Part shown: positions 12,521 through 23,169 of the stretch, piece after piece
Position numbering within the stretch: the stretch's first letter is position 1
How the letters are laid out: the number at the start of each line of letters is the position of its first letter
Source of the DNA: Chiloscyllium plagiosum
Lineage: Eukaryota
Length of the DNA: 46,063 nt
Assembly (NCBI RefSeq): GCF_004010195.1
Contig: NC_057719.1
Span: 78,276,359 to 78,322,421, forward strand
Direction of reading: 5' to 3'
The notes under the pieces: model-generated
What the model was told of the DNA's origin: nothing
Database searches by the model: none
What the model saw: only the letters and a program-made list of their open reading frames with translations
Program-made: the position numbers and the translations under genes

Positions 12521-12886
12521 GATCCTCCGATCCAACCAGTCCATGCCGAACATAATTCCAAACTAAACTAGTCCCACCTACCTGTGTTTGGCCCATATCC
12601 CTCCAAGAATTTCTTATTCATGTACTGATCGAAATATAATTTAAATGTTGTAACTTTACTCACATGCACCACTTCCTCTGGAAGTTCATTCTGCACCTGA
12701 ACCACTTTCTGTGTAAAACAAAATTGTCCCTTCTGTCTTTTTAACATCTTTCCCATCTCACCTTACAAATATGCCCCCTAGTCTTGAAATCACCCCACCC
12801 TAGGGAAAAGACACCTTATCTATACTCTTTATTATTTTATTTACCTGGAGAAGGTCACCTCTCAACCTCCTATGTTTCATGAAAAA
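12521..12886 (-). mobile_element. HER1/CR1 LINE 3' end
   Basis: The minus ORF FTQKVVQVQNELPEEVV...FKLYFDQYMNKKFLEGYGPNTGRWD is the CR1 ORF2 C-terminus. Confidence 0.88.
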
Positions 12887-13310
12887 ATTGTGGTGCTCAA
12901 ATGGTTGATTACTGAACCTTTGTGCTGAAACAGCATGTTGCCTTGTTTTTTTTAAACATCTTATGATGTGGGTCATCAAGATGAAGCATAGCTCCCTTTC
13001 TTTATGTTAGTTATGTAACTTTATTATTCTGGAAGGAAAGTCATTAGAATAAAGAGTTGCATATGCTGATTCATCTCCCATCGGGATTTGAAAGCAAAAA
13101 CAATTTCATGTTCCATAGTCTGCCTTGAATTCAAATAAAATCATAAATAGTTGTTTAAACAATCCTATTTGTGGCAATCACAGTGGCTAGCATTGTATAT
13201 TTCACGTGAGATATTTGCATATCCTGGAGCTATGCAGAAGTAAGACTGGTTTCTATGTGTGGGACATGCTCTATTCGCAGTTCTTCAATTTGTCTGATAT
13301 GTACACTGAG

Positions 13311-13556
13311 TTTTTTAAAAATTGGTTCATGGGATGTGGGTGTTGCTGGCCAGGCCAGCATTTATTGCCTATTACTAGTTACCCTGTAAAAAGTGATAGG
13401 GAATTACTTTTGTGAACAATTGCGGTCCTTGGAGACAGTCACTGTGCTGTTATAAAGAGATGTTTCAGAATTTAGCCTAGCGACATCAAAGGTACAGCAC
13501 AATACCTCTCAGTGAGGCTGGGATGTAGCTTGGAGGGTCACGTGGTGGATTCACAT
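13311..13556 (-). mobile_element. CR1-like LINE family B 3' end
   Basis: ttcatgggatgtgggtgttgctggccaggccagcatttattgcc is the rc of the family B 3' terminus. Confidence 0.75.
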
Positions 13557-13915
13557 AATTAGCACTTTTTAACCTTGATATTTGTGCACATAGCAAAATT
13601 CAATCTGCACGTCAAAAACTTCAGTGCAACATTGCAGCAAATCCCAGAAGCCTAGAGGAGGTGAATACGGGATGGGCAAGTGCCAACAGGGGCTGATTAG
13701 AAGGCCCTCGATACCACCCTCAGGTCCACTCACCCAGTATCTACAATGGGGAGACTTCAGGAGTGGAGATGAAAATCAAAAACAGAACAATTTAATATAG
13801 TTGTCACTCATACAGACTCCATATAGGGGGGAAAAAAATCTTATTTGTGAAACCGGTTCAAAACTTTCAAATCCCGCAATGATCAATCCACTGTAAAATC
13901 AAACCCACCCCAAAC

Positions 13916-14732
13916 GGCCTTTGAGAAGATGATACTAAACTCCATTTTTGAACCACCATAGAGAATGTAGTGTAGATATACACACAGTGCTGTTAGTAAA
14001 GGATTTACGGGATTTTGACCTAGTAACGGTGAAGGAACAGCGACATTCCTCTAAGTCTGGGTGGTGGGTGATGTAGGGAGAAACTTGTCGATGGTCACGT
14101 CCTATTCATCTACTGCTACACACCTCCTCCTCCTCCCCCCACCACTTCCAAAACCCTCTACTGTGCATCCAACTAAATGTTGAAGGTGGTGGATAGGATG
14201 TAAATCAAGCAGACTGCTCTGTCCTGGATGGTGTCAAGCTTTGGCAGTGTTTTTTTTTTAGATTAGATTCCCTACAGTGTGGAAACAGGCCCTTTGGTCC
14301 AACAAGTCCACACCGCCCCTCTGAAGAGCAACCCACCCAGGCCCAATCACCTGCACCTAACACTGTGGGCAATTTAGCATGACCAATTCACCTAATCTGC
14401 ACATCTTTGGACTGTGGGAGGAAACCGGAGCACCCGGAGGAAACCCACGCAGACACGGGGACTCCACACAGACAGTTGCCCGAGACGGGAATTGTTGGGA
14501 CGGCAGCAGTGAGGCAGCAGTGCTTATCACTGAGCCACTGTGCCACCCGTGTTGCATGTGTTGTACTCATCCAGGTAAGTGGAGATCATTCCATCCCATT
14601 CCTGACTTGTGCCATGCAGATGGTGGACAGGATTTTGGGAGTCAGCAGATAAGTTTCTTGCTGCAGTACTCTGACCTACTCTAATATGTATTTATATGCC
14701 AGTATTTATGTGGCCAGTCCAATTCAGTTTCT
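13916..14732 (-). mobile_element. CR1-like LINE family B fragment interrupted by an HE1 SINE
   Basis: Colinear with 1900-2400 (cacagtgctgtt; gtgaagga; tgtactcatcca...aagtg) on both sides of the SINE. Confidence 0.7.
14252..14548 (-). mobile_element. HE1-type V-SINE
   Basis: rc V domain gcacatctttggactgtgggaggaaaccggagcacccggaggaaacccacgcagacacgggg, (aatct)n tail, and candidate TSD gtgtt at 14247-14251 and 14549-14553. Confidence 0.92.
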
Positions 14733-15558
14733 ACACTGGTTTCATAATCTGTGTATGAGCATTTTTTTTAATTTGGCCTAAGAAGTTACAGAATTTTGTG
14801 ATGTTTTTCAAAATTTAGATCACATAATTCAAGTGGGTAAGTCACTTGAATAGAGTTCTCTGCTTTAGACTCTTTCTATCTTCTTTTGTATGTAGTGACA
14901 TTCTGATGAATCTCCCTCAATTTATTTAATTTCCCGAGGGATCTGAATAAAATTTCCAACAAGATAACATTCTGAAATTTCTCCCTCTGCCCTTTACTAA
15001 CTGAGTTAAAGCTCCAGGATATTAATCTGATGTTGTACATTATTTTTCTCTCGTAGAACTGGAATAAAAGTATTTCATACGATAGTTCGCCATTAATCTC
15101 CACAACTACAAATTCTGATCGATTGGACTTTTAACCAGATAGTTAATCAGACCCACTTTAATGATATATAGCAAGGAAAATAAAATGTAAATAGTTAGGA
15201 ATTCTGCTGAAAGATTCTTCCGCTCAAAATGAGCTGTCTTTTCAATTTATGTGTGCTGAATAATTTCTTGAGTGTCTCCAGTACCTTTTGCTATTTTTAT
15301 AAGAAGGAATTATTTGATGTGATGGAAAGCCTTGTGCAGTGCGTAACATCACTAGGCAGAGGCACAGGTTCAAATCAGGGCTGGTTGGCCAAGAAGATAC
15401 ATTGATAATTTGGCCAAACTGATTGAAAATCGATCTGCCAATCCTGCCAGTATACACCACTGGCAGTGGAAAGGCTAGACAAGATTCCTGGTTAGCCAGG
15501 AGAGAAATACATCATTACTATCATTATCCATGCCTCTTAGACTACCACATTTATGTAA

Positions 15559-15762
15559 GTTAAAAATCACACAACACCAGATTATAGTCCAACAGGTTTA
15601 TTTGGAAGCACTAGCTTTCGGAGTGCCACTCCTTCATCAGGTGGTGAAGAGGCAGTGCCTCGAAAACTAGTGCTTCCAAATAAACCTGTTAGACTAGAAC
15701 CTGGTGTTGTGTGATTTTTAACTTTGTCCACCCCAGTACAACACTGACACCTTCAAATCATG
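15559..15762 (+). mobile_element. Penelope-like short element (family B), inverted-repeat unit with 12-bp TSD
   Basis: Arms gttaaaaatcacacaacaccag...ggaagcactag and ctagtgcttcc...ctggtgttgtgtgatttttaac. Direct repeat acatttatgtaa at 15547-15558 and 15763-15774. Confidence 0.85.
15609..15643 (-). ncRNA. Minimal type I hammerhead ribozyme motif
   Basis: Minus strand reads cac CUGAUGA a ggag-uggca-cucc GAAAG CUA gug. Core boxes are intact; stem I cac/gug, stem II 4 bp, palindromic stem III AGCU. Confidence 0.8.
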
Positions 15763-16009
15763 ACATTTATGTAAAAGTGCATGTTTCTGCAGCAACTTGG
15801 ACTCGCTGGAAAAACTGTTGACTGGATGTCCAATCTGGTCAGATTGGGGGTCAAACCCAGTGCTGTTGGTGCCATTCTGGCTGGGATTAATTCAGGACCT
15901 GCCTCCTTGTTTCCCCCCCCCACCCCTCCCCAACTCCTAACACCCCCCCAACCTGGTGGAGCTCACAGTGCTGTGGGTCAGGGCTGCCTTAGGGTGGAGA
16001 AATGAAGGA

Positions 16010-16260
16010 GAATATTATAACTTTTAACCTTGTATGCCAAATTTCCATACAGTTATGTAATCACAATTTAAATTATTATAATCCCACATCTTCCATATCT
16101 CTGACATTCAGTATTTTGGATACTTGCTTTGTTAGTTCCTCTTACTTTCTTTTCTTCAAGGATATCAAATTAAATTCTGAGATTCTTTCTTCATGGTTTA
16201 GACAGCTAACTGCTTGTTTCAGCTTTGGTCCTGTCTCCACAACCTCTAATGCTTTTATGT
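16010..16260 (-). mobile_element. Very old CR1 ORF2 C-terminal remnant
   Basis: The rc resembles ALEVV...LNHEERISEFNLISLKKRK*EELTKQVSKILN, similar to LSYEERL..L.L.SL..RR. Confidence 0.5.
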
Positions 16261-17434
16261 TCCTTACATGGGCAGTTTTCCAAATGTTGCCCTGTCAATT
16301 GATTATACCTGACTTTAATAATTTGTTTCACTGCCCAATCAAATATGTTTCAGATGGGTTTCCCTTCCTGATTAGCCTGCTGTTGAGAATCGCATGGTGT
16401 GTCAACGAACAGTCTCATTTTCTAATGGGCACTCATCTGTTGTGAATGGTTTGTCATTATTACTGTTTGTACTGAAAGCCCATTTACTGAACTTGTTCAC
16501 ATTTCTTTTACAGTTGTCAATAGTTCCTACACAAATCACCTTGCCACATGGCTTGGCATAATTTACGTCCTCTGTAGCATTAATGGATTTGTGAAGGTCT
16601 GCGCGGCGGCAGGGAAAAAAATACTGGAGGGAATGTAGGACTCAAGCTTAAACTGTGCAATCTTTGTTCACAACATAAGCCCATCATCCTAGTAATGAGT
16701 TGAGTGAACTCATAAGCTCCTCTGAACTGCTTCTAAAGCAATTATATCTGTTTTTCAACCAAAAAAGACTGCAAAGCTATACATAGTATTCCAGATTTTG
16801 TGTCACCAAGGTTCTGTACAGCTGCAATAAAATTCCCTACCTTTATATTCTATTCCCTTTGCAATAACATTCCACTTGCCCACCTAATCATTTGTATTTG
16901 CTTACAAATTTTATGTAATTAATGTACCAAGCCTTCCATATTCTGCTGCACCACTAAGTCCAGCAATATCGTTGTGTTTAATCAGCAAACTGCTTTTCTG
17001 TACTTCCTCTCAAAATGGACAATCTCACATGTTATACTCCATCTGACAGTGTTTTTCCTCAATCATTCAATCTGCCAAATCACTTTTCAGACATCTTACC
17101 TCCTCTTGACAACTTCTTTTGCTACTTATTTTAGTGTCATTGGTAAATTTAGCTGTCACAGATTTGGTCCCCTCATCCAAATCATTGGTATAGAAGGCAA
17201 ACATTGAGCACTGTTCCCTGTGGCATTCTGCTAGTTACTGCATCCCCCCCAAAAAACAGCTCACTCATCCCTGTTCTCCAATTCCTGTTATCCATGCTGA
17301 TATGTTATCCCCTATATCAAGTGCTCTTACCTTTGATGTGGCACCTTACCATAAAAAAACTGTTTGGAAATCAAGTACAGGAAATCACCTGGCTCAATCC
17401 ACTATGCATGTTACTTCATTTGAAAACTCTGGTA

Positions 17435-17772
17435 GGATGGCACCGTGGCTCACTAGTTGGCACTGCTGCCTCATAGCACCAGGAACCTGGGTTTGATTCC
17501 ACCCTCAGGCGATTGCCTGTGTGGAGTTTGCATACACTCCCTTGTCTGCACGGGTTTCCTCTTGGTGCTCTGGTTTCCTCCCATGGTCCAAAGATGTGCA
17601 GGTTAGGTGGATTAGCCATGCTAAGTTGCGCATAGTGTCTAGGTGGATTAGCTATGGGAAATACAGAGTTATAGAATACGGGAATTGGGTCTGGGTGGAA
17701 TGTTCTCCGGAGGGTCAGTGTGGACTTGATGGGCCAAATGGCTTGCTTCCACACTGTAGGGATTCTATGACT
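17435..17772 (+). mobile_element. HE1-type V-SINE inserted in a CR1
   Basis: tRNA-like head (gggtttgattcc B box), V domain, and CR1 tail gggccaaatggcttgcttccacactgtagggattctatga. Confidence 0.92.
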
Positions 17773-18212
17773 AATTAATTAAACATGATATACTTTCATG
17801 AAGCTCTGCCTGATCCCATCATAGTTTCTAAGTATCCTGCTATATCCTCCTTAATAATGGATTCCAGTACCTTCCCTGTCTAATCTATTTTTCATTACTT
17901 TCTGCTTTCCTCATTTCTTGAATAAAGGTGTTACATTTGCTATTTTCCAATCCACTGTCGCTCCTCCAGAATCTAAGAAATGTTGGAATATTGTAACCAA
18001 TGTATCTATTATTTGTGCTGCTATCTCTCTTACGACCCTAGGATGTAGGCCATCATGTACTGAAGCTGCCAGCCCTGAGGTCCAGTAGTTTTCCGAGCAA
18101 CCTCTCCCTGGTAATGGTGATTGTTTTAAGTTCATCCCTCCCTAACGTTTCTTGATTTTCAATTATCGTTGGGATTGTTGTGGATCTGTTCGCTGAGCTG
18201 GGAATTTGTGTT

Positions 18213-18252
18213 GCAGACGTTTCGTCCCCTGTCTAGGTGACATCCTCAGTGC
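18213..18252 (-). ncRNA. Minimal type I hammerhead ribozyme motif (antisense arm)
   Basis: Exact reverse complement of 18316-18355. Confidence 0.8.
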
Positions 18253-18315
18253 TTGGGAGCCCCACTACAAATGCCGGAGGAAGGATCACAGAAGCGCTTC
18301 ACAGGAGGCTCCCAA

Positions 18316-18355
18316 GCACTGAGGATGTCACCTAGACAGGGGACGAAACGTCTGC
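18316..18355 (+). ncRNA. Minimal type I hammerhead ribozyme motif
   Basis: gca CUGAGGA u guc-a-ccu-agac-agg-g-gac GAAAC GUC ugc. Intact core, GUC cleavage triplet, stem I gca/ugc. Confidence 0.82.
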
Positions 18356-18597
18356 AACACAAGTTCCCAGCTCGGCAAACAGAACCACAACAATGAGCAC
18401 CCGAGCTACAAATCTTCTCACAAACGTTATCTTTGGATGTTTTAAGTCTTCTGCTATAAAAACAGGCAAACTTGCCCATTTAAAGCCCTTGCTATTCCTT
18501 TGCTTTCCATGATCAATTCCCCAGACTCACTCATTATAGACCAACACAAGACTTTTCCTCTCTCCTATTAAATTACTGTCAGAAACTTTTACTATCT

Positions 18598-18882
18598 TTT
18601 TATTTCTTCACTGATATGATGTGGATGTTGCTGGCTGGCCAGCGTTTATTGTCCATCCCTTGAGAAGGTGGAGGTGAACTGTCTTCTTGAACTGCTGCAG
18701 TCCATGTGCTGTAGGTTGACCCACAATGCCATCAGGGAGGGAATTCAAGACTTTGACACCACAACATTGGAGGGTCGAGAGTCAACTGCTTTGCTGTGAG
18801 TCTGAAGGCGCATGTAAGCCAGACCAGGTGAGGATGACACATTTCCTTCCACTAAGAATATTAGCTTACCAGATTCATTTTA
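18598..18882 (-). mobile_element. SINE family C body joined to a ~170-nt family B LINE tail
   Basis: 18775-18882 is the rc of the SINE body at 27260-27350. 18598-18770 is the rc of the family B LINE 3' end. Confidence 0.65.
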
Positions 18883-20068
18883 TTTTACTCTCAGGTACAT
18901 TGTTATTATCTTAATCCTTCTTTGCGTGTTCTTAAGTCTGTGCATTCCTCCAAACAACTTTTGATCTTAGTAAATTACAGATTAGTTTTTACAGTGCTGG
19001 TTTTAGTTGAATATGACCCCCTTAACTTGTTCATTTAGCCACAAATGATGCACCCATTCCAAAGAGAGCCTTTCTGTCTCAATAGGATAGATCTTTGCTG
19101 AGAGTTATTAACTATCTCCTTAAAAGTCTGCCACTGCAACTCTATAGGTCCAACTTTTTGACTGTTTTCCCTGTTCACCTTTTCCGGCTCTGCCTTCATC
19201 TCCCATAATTATCCTTATTTAGGTTTAAAACAAATAATCATGGATCCACATTTCTCTCTTTCAAACTGAACATGCATTTCTATGACGTCATGATCACTGT
19301 CACTTTGCGCCTCTTTTACCTTGAGTTTATTGATTAATTCTGTCGGATTGCTTGTTACCAGGTCTGGGATAGCCTGCTCCCTTGTTGGGTAATACTCTAA
19401 GAAATTATCCCAAACATAGTGTGGAAGAGCGATAGCACATTAACAAGCAACCCCTTCTTTTCTGAAACTATAGGGTTGAATCCTACTTTTTTCTTTGGGA
19501 AAGTGTCAGTTTTGTTGAGTATTTGAGATGGTTTCTCACCTCGAGGTCTAGAAAGGTATCTTGTCCTCTTCTAGTAAACCCATCTCATAAACTTCCTGCC
19601 CCAGCTCTATGGTGTGCCCTTTTGGCGCATTTTACTGCATGCTGTACCTCGAAGGACTCGCCACTCTGTTGATAACCTCTGAAAGATAACATCTCTGGTA
19701 CCTATGCCATATTTAGAAGGTCGCTGTGCACCCAGATAAGTACTGGCATTCCAAAGCTGCCTTGCTCGGAAATGGATATTTATCCTTAGAGAAGGGGATT
19801 CTTTACAAGAACCTGCAGATCCTTGTAGAGTGGATAGTGCAGAGGAGGGCTTTGTCCTCTTTCCAGAGGACTGACAGAAGAGACCACAACAGCAGACCAT
19901 GGTAGCTTGATTTGGGTCACTGCCCTTATCAGTGCAGTCTCTACAGTCTGGAGAAATGGCCAGCAATGCTGCAAGAATGTCAATGACCTTCTCCCAGAGT
20001 AAGTGCCACAGTCTCTGTGCAACTTCACCCTTATTCTATCTCTGCTGCCGCCCCCATCTCTCACCAAG

Positions 20069-20797
20069 GGCAGGACTTGCACAGTGAATGGTCAGGGCCC
20101 GGGAATGTTGCAGAAAAGAGAGACCGAGGGCTTCAGGCATATAGTTCATTGAAAGTTGTGTTACAGGTAGACAGGGTGATGAAGAAGGTGTTGGACACAC
20201 TTGTTTTCATTGCTCAAACCACTGAGTAGAGAGCTAGGATGTCTTTTTGCAGCTGTCCAGGATGCTGGTGAGGCCACTTTTGGAGTACTTTGTACAGTTC
20301 TAGTCGCCCTGCTATAGGAAGGATATTTTAAATTGGAGAGGGTGCAGAATACTTGTTACTGGGACTGAAATGTTTGACTTACAAGGAGAGGTTGGCTAGG
20401 CTGGGACTTTTTTGACTGGAGTGTACGAAGCTGAGGGGTGACCTCATAAAGGTTTATCAAATCGTGAAGGGCACAGATAAGGTTTATAGCAAATGTCTTT
20501 TTCCTAGTGTTGTGGAGTTCAAATCTAGAGGGTATAATTTTAAGGTGAGCGGAGAAAGATTTAAAAGGGACCTGAGGGGCAAACTTTTCGCACAGAGGAT
20601 GGGTCATATGTGGAATAAGGGGTAGATGCATGTACAACATTTAAAAGATGTTTGGATAGGCACATGAATAGGAAATTTTTAGAGGGATATGGGCCAAATG
20701 CAAGCAAATGGAACCATCTCGGTTTGGGAAACCTGATCGGCATGGATGAGTTGGAAATGAAGGGTCTATTTCTGTGCTGTATGACTATATGACCCTA
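20069..20797 (+). mobile_element. HER1/CR1 LINE 3' part (RT C-terminus and 3' UTR)
   Basis: SLKVVLQVDRVMKK, ctggtgaggccacttttggagtac (LVRP.LEY), gctgaggggtgacctcata (LRGDLI), and the terminal gaagggtctatttctgtgctgtatgactatatgac. Confidence 0.9.
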
Positions 20798-21445
20798 AGA
20801 CTCATGGTCTGCCAGTCTCAGTTTTGCCCGCTTCTGAGCTCTTTACAGACTCACCTGGGAGACCTGACCAGCTGTTCCCACCTGCAACAACACTAACAGT
20901 CTTGCCCCTGCCTTTCATTTCAGTCAACCTCTCCCTTCTTCCCATTTCAGGAGAAGGCCTGCTCACAATAGAACAAAAAGGCCCTAAGGTGTGGAAGGGT
21001 GATAGCATTCTCAGTTCACTCTAGTTGAGTTGAAACTGGCTTCTTAACTCCTGTCCTTGTATATTTTGCGAAAAGAAAAATGCAAACTATGTCTACACTC
21101 TGGGACGTAATGCACAGGAGCTGGTTTGGGGTTGGGCAAAGCATCATAGGACTCTCATTATCTTTATTGTCACAAGAGATCACAGTCCAATCTGCTTGAA
21201 GTTTCTTTGACACCTTTAGGTGTTACATTCCATCAGACTCATACAGATTTTTAAAAAAATTTATATATATGCAGTTATACTGGTCCTCTTTTTGGAAGGA
21301 AAACTACATTTTAGGTTTAAGGGCAAAAGATGTGGGCCATAATGTGAAGTTCTGACCCATATTCTTAAGAATAGTAAGAGAATTTATGACTTCCAGAAAC
21401 TCCACACTTCTTTGCAAAAATAGTACAATTAGATATTGATACATG

Positions 21446-21736
21446 GAGTCATAGAGATGTACAGCATGGAAACAGATCCTTCGGTTCAACTCGTCCATGC
21501 CAACCAGATATCCCAACCCAGTCTAGTCCGACCTGCCAGCACCTGGCCTATATTCCTCCAAACCCTTCCTATTCATATACCCATCCAGATGCCTTTTAAA
21601 TATTGCAATTGTACCAACCTCCACCACTTCCTCTGGCAGCTCATTCCATACACGTACCACCCTCTGTGTGAAAAAGTTGCACCTTAGGTCTCTTATATAT
21701 TTTTTCCCTCACCCTAAACCTATGCCCTCTAGTTCT
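21446..21736 (-). mobile_element. HER1/CR1 LINE 3' end
   Basis: Near-identical reverse complement of 40953-41247. Confidence 0.92.
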
Positions 21737-23010
21737 CCCTCTGTACAGCTGTAATGCTATCCCTTATAAAAAACGCCACTCCCCCTCCTCTCTTGCCTCC
21801 CTTTCTATCCTTCCTGTATCATTTATATCCTGGAACATTAAGCTGCCAGTCCTATCCATCCCTGAGCCATGTTTCTGTAATTGCTATGATATCCCAGTCC
21901 CATGTTGCTGACCATGCCCTGAGTTCATCTGCCTTCTCTGTTAGGCCTCTTGCATTGAAATACATACAGTTTAATTTATCAGTCCTATTTTGTTCTCTGC
22001 TTTGTCCCTGCCTACCTTGACTGTTTGATTTGCCTTTGTTCTCAGCTGTACCAGTCTCAGATTGATCTCTTTCCTCACTATCTCCCTGGGTCCGCCCCCC
22101 CCTCCCCCCCCCCCCCCCCCCCACCTTACCAGTTTAAATCCTCCCAAGCAAGTCTAGCAAATCTCCCTGCTAGTATATTAGTCCCCTTCCAATTTCGTGA
22201 AATCCGTCCTTCTTGTACAGGTCACTACTCCAAAACAGCTTCCAATGATCCAAAAATGTGAATCCTTCTCCCAGACACCTTCTCCTCAGCCATGCATTCA
22301 TTTGCTCTATCCTCCTATTCCTGCCCTCACTAGCTCATAGCACCAGGAGTAATCCAGATATTACTACTCTCAAGGACCCCCTTTTTAAATTCCTGCCTAA
22401 CTCTCTGTAATCTCCCTTCAGACTCTTAGTCTTTTCCCTTCCTATGTCATTGGTTCCAATGTGTATAATGACCTCCTGCTGACCCCTCTCCCCCTTGAGA
22501 ACATTCTGCACCCTCTCTAAGGCATCCTTGATCCTGGCACCAGGGAGGCAACACACCGTTCTGATTTTTTTGCTGCTGGCAACAGAAACATCTGTCTGTA
22601 CCTCAGACTAGAGAGCCCCCTAACACAATCGATTGCTTGGAACCCAATATACCTCTCATTACATTAGAGCCAGTCTCAATACCAGAAACTTGGCTGTTCG
22701 AGCTACCTTCCCCAGAGAATCCATCATCCCTACATTTTCCAAAACAGCACACTTGTTTGAAATGGGGGTAGCCACAGAAGACTCCTGCACTACATGCCTA
22801 CCTCACTTACCTTTTCTGGAGTTAACCCATCTATGTGACTGTATCTGAGACTTGCCCCCCCCACTTCCTATAACTGCCATCCATTACGTCGCCTTGCTCT
22901 TGTAAATTCCTCATTGTCTCTAACTGCCTCTCCAACCGATTCATTTGATCTGATAGGATTCGCAACCAATGGCATTTATTGCAGATATAATTGTAAGTAA
23001 CTCGTAAACT
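21737..23010 (-). mobile_element. CR1 5' region: ORF1 (zinc-finger/coiled-coil + SGNH esterase-like) and start of ORF2 APE endonuclease, disrupted
   Basis: ORF1 motifs YICNKCHWLRILSDQMNRLERQLETMR and CCLPGARIKD...IIHIGTNDIG...VVISGLL. ORF2 motif CMYFNARGL..KADELRAW...DIIAITETWL. Frameshifts and stops are present. Confidence 0.9.
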
Positions 23011-23026
23011 CTGCCTAAATCTGACC

Positions 23027-23169
23027 AGATGCATCTTAAATTAATCTATCGTGCCTGCCTCTACCACCTCTGCTGGCAATGCGTTCCAAATGCCCACCAC
23101 CCTCTGTGTGAAGTACTTGCCGCGTGTATCCCCCCAACCTTTCCACCTCTCACCTTGAAAGCATGACCT
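23027..23169 (-). mobile_element. CR1 ORF2 C-terminal fragment (separate subfamily)
   Basis: rc GHAFKVRGGK...GKYFTQRVVGIWNALPAEVVEAGTID. Confidence 0.8.

Larger units (their letters stand above)
18174..18426 (+). mobile_element. Penelope-like short element (family C), inverted-repeat unit
   Basis: 88-bp arms 18174-18261 and 18307-18394 (4 mismatches). Imperfect flanking duplication ttatcgttgggat / ttatctttggat. Confidence 0.85.
16690..19410 (-). mobile_element. Long degraded CR1 ORF2 (endonuclease C-terminus to RT), with three later insertions
   Basis: Minus-strand motifs in the correct order: PTREQAIPDLV...SDSDHDVI (~19390-19280), DGLHPRVVREIAAQII...DWKIANVTPLFKK (18055-17914), SCLIN/EFSNEVT across the HE1, PQGTVL (~17210-17225), KFTNDTK for FADDTK (~17130-17150). 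Confidence 0.85.

Noticed and set aside
16002..16445. 147-aa hydrophobic ORF resembling a membrane protein
   Set aside because: It is the antisense of a purine-rich CR1 remnant.
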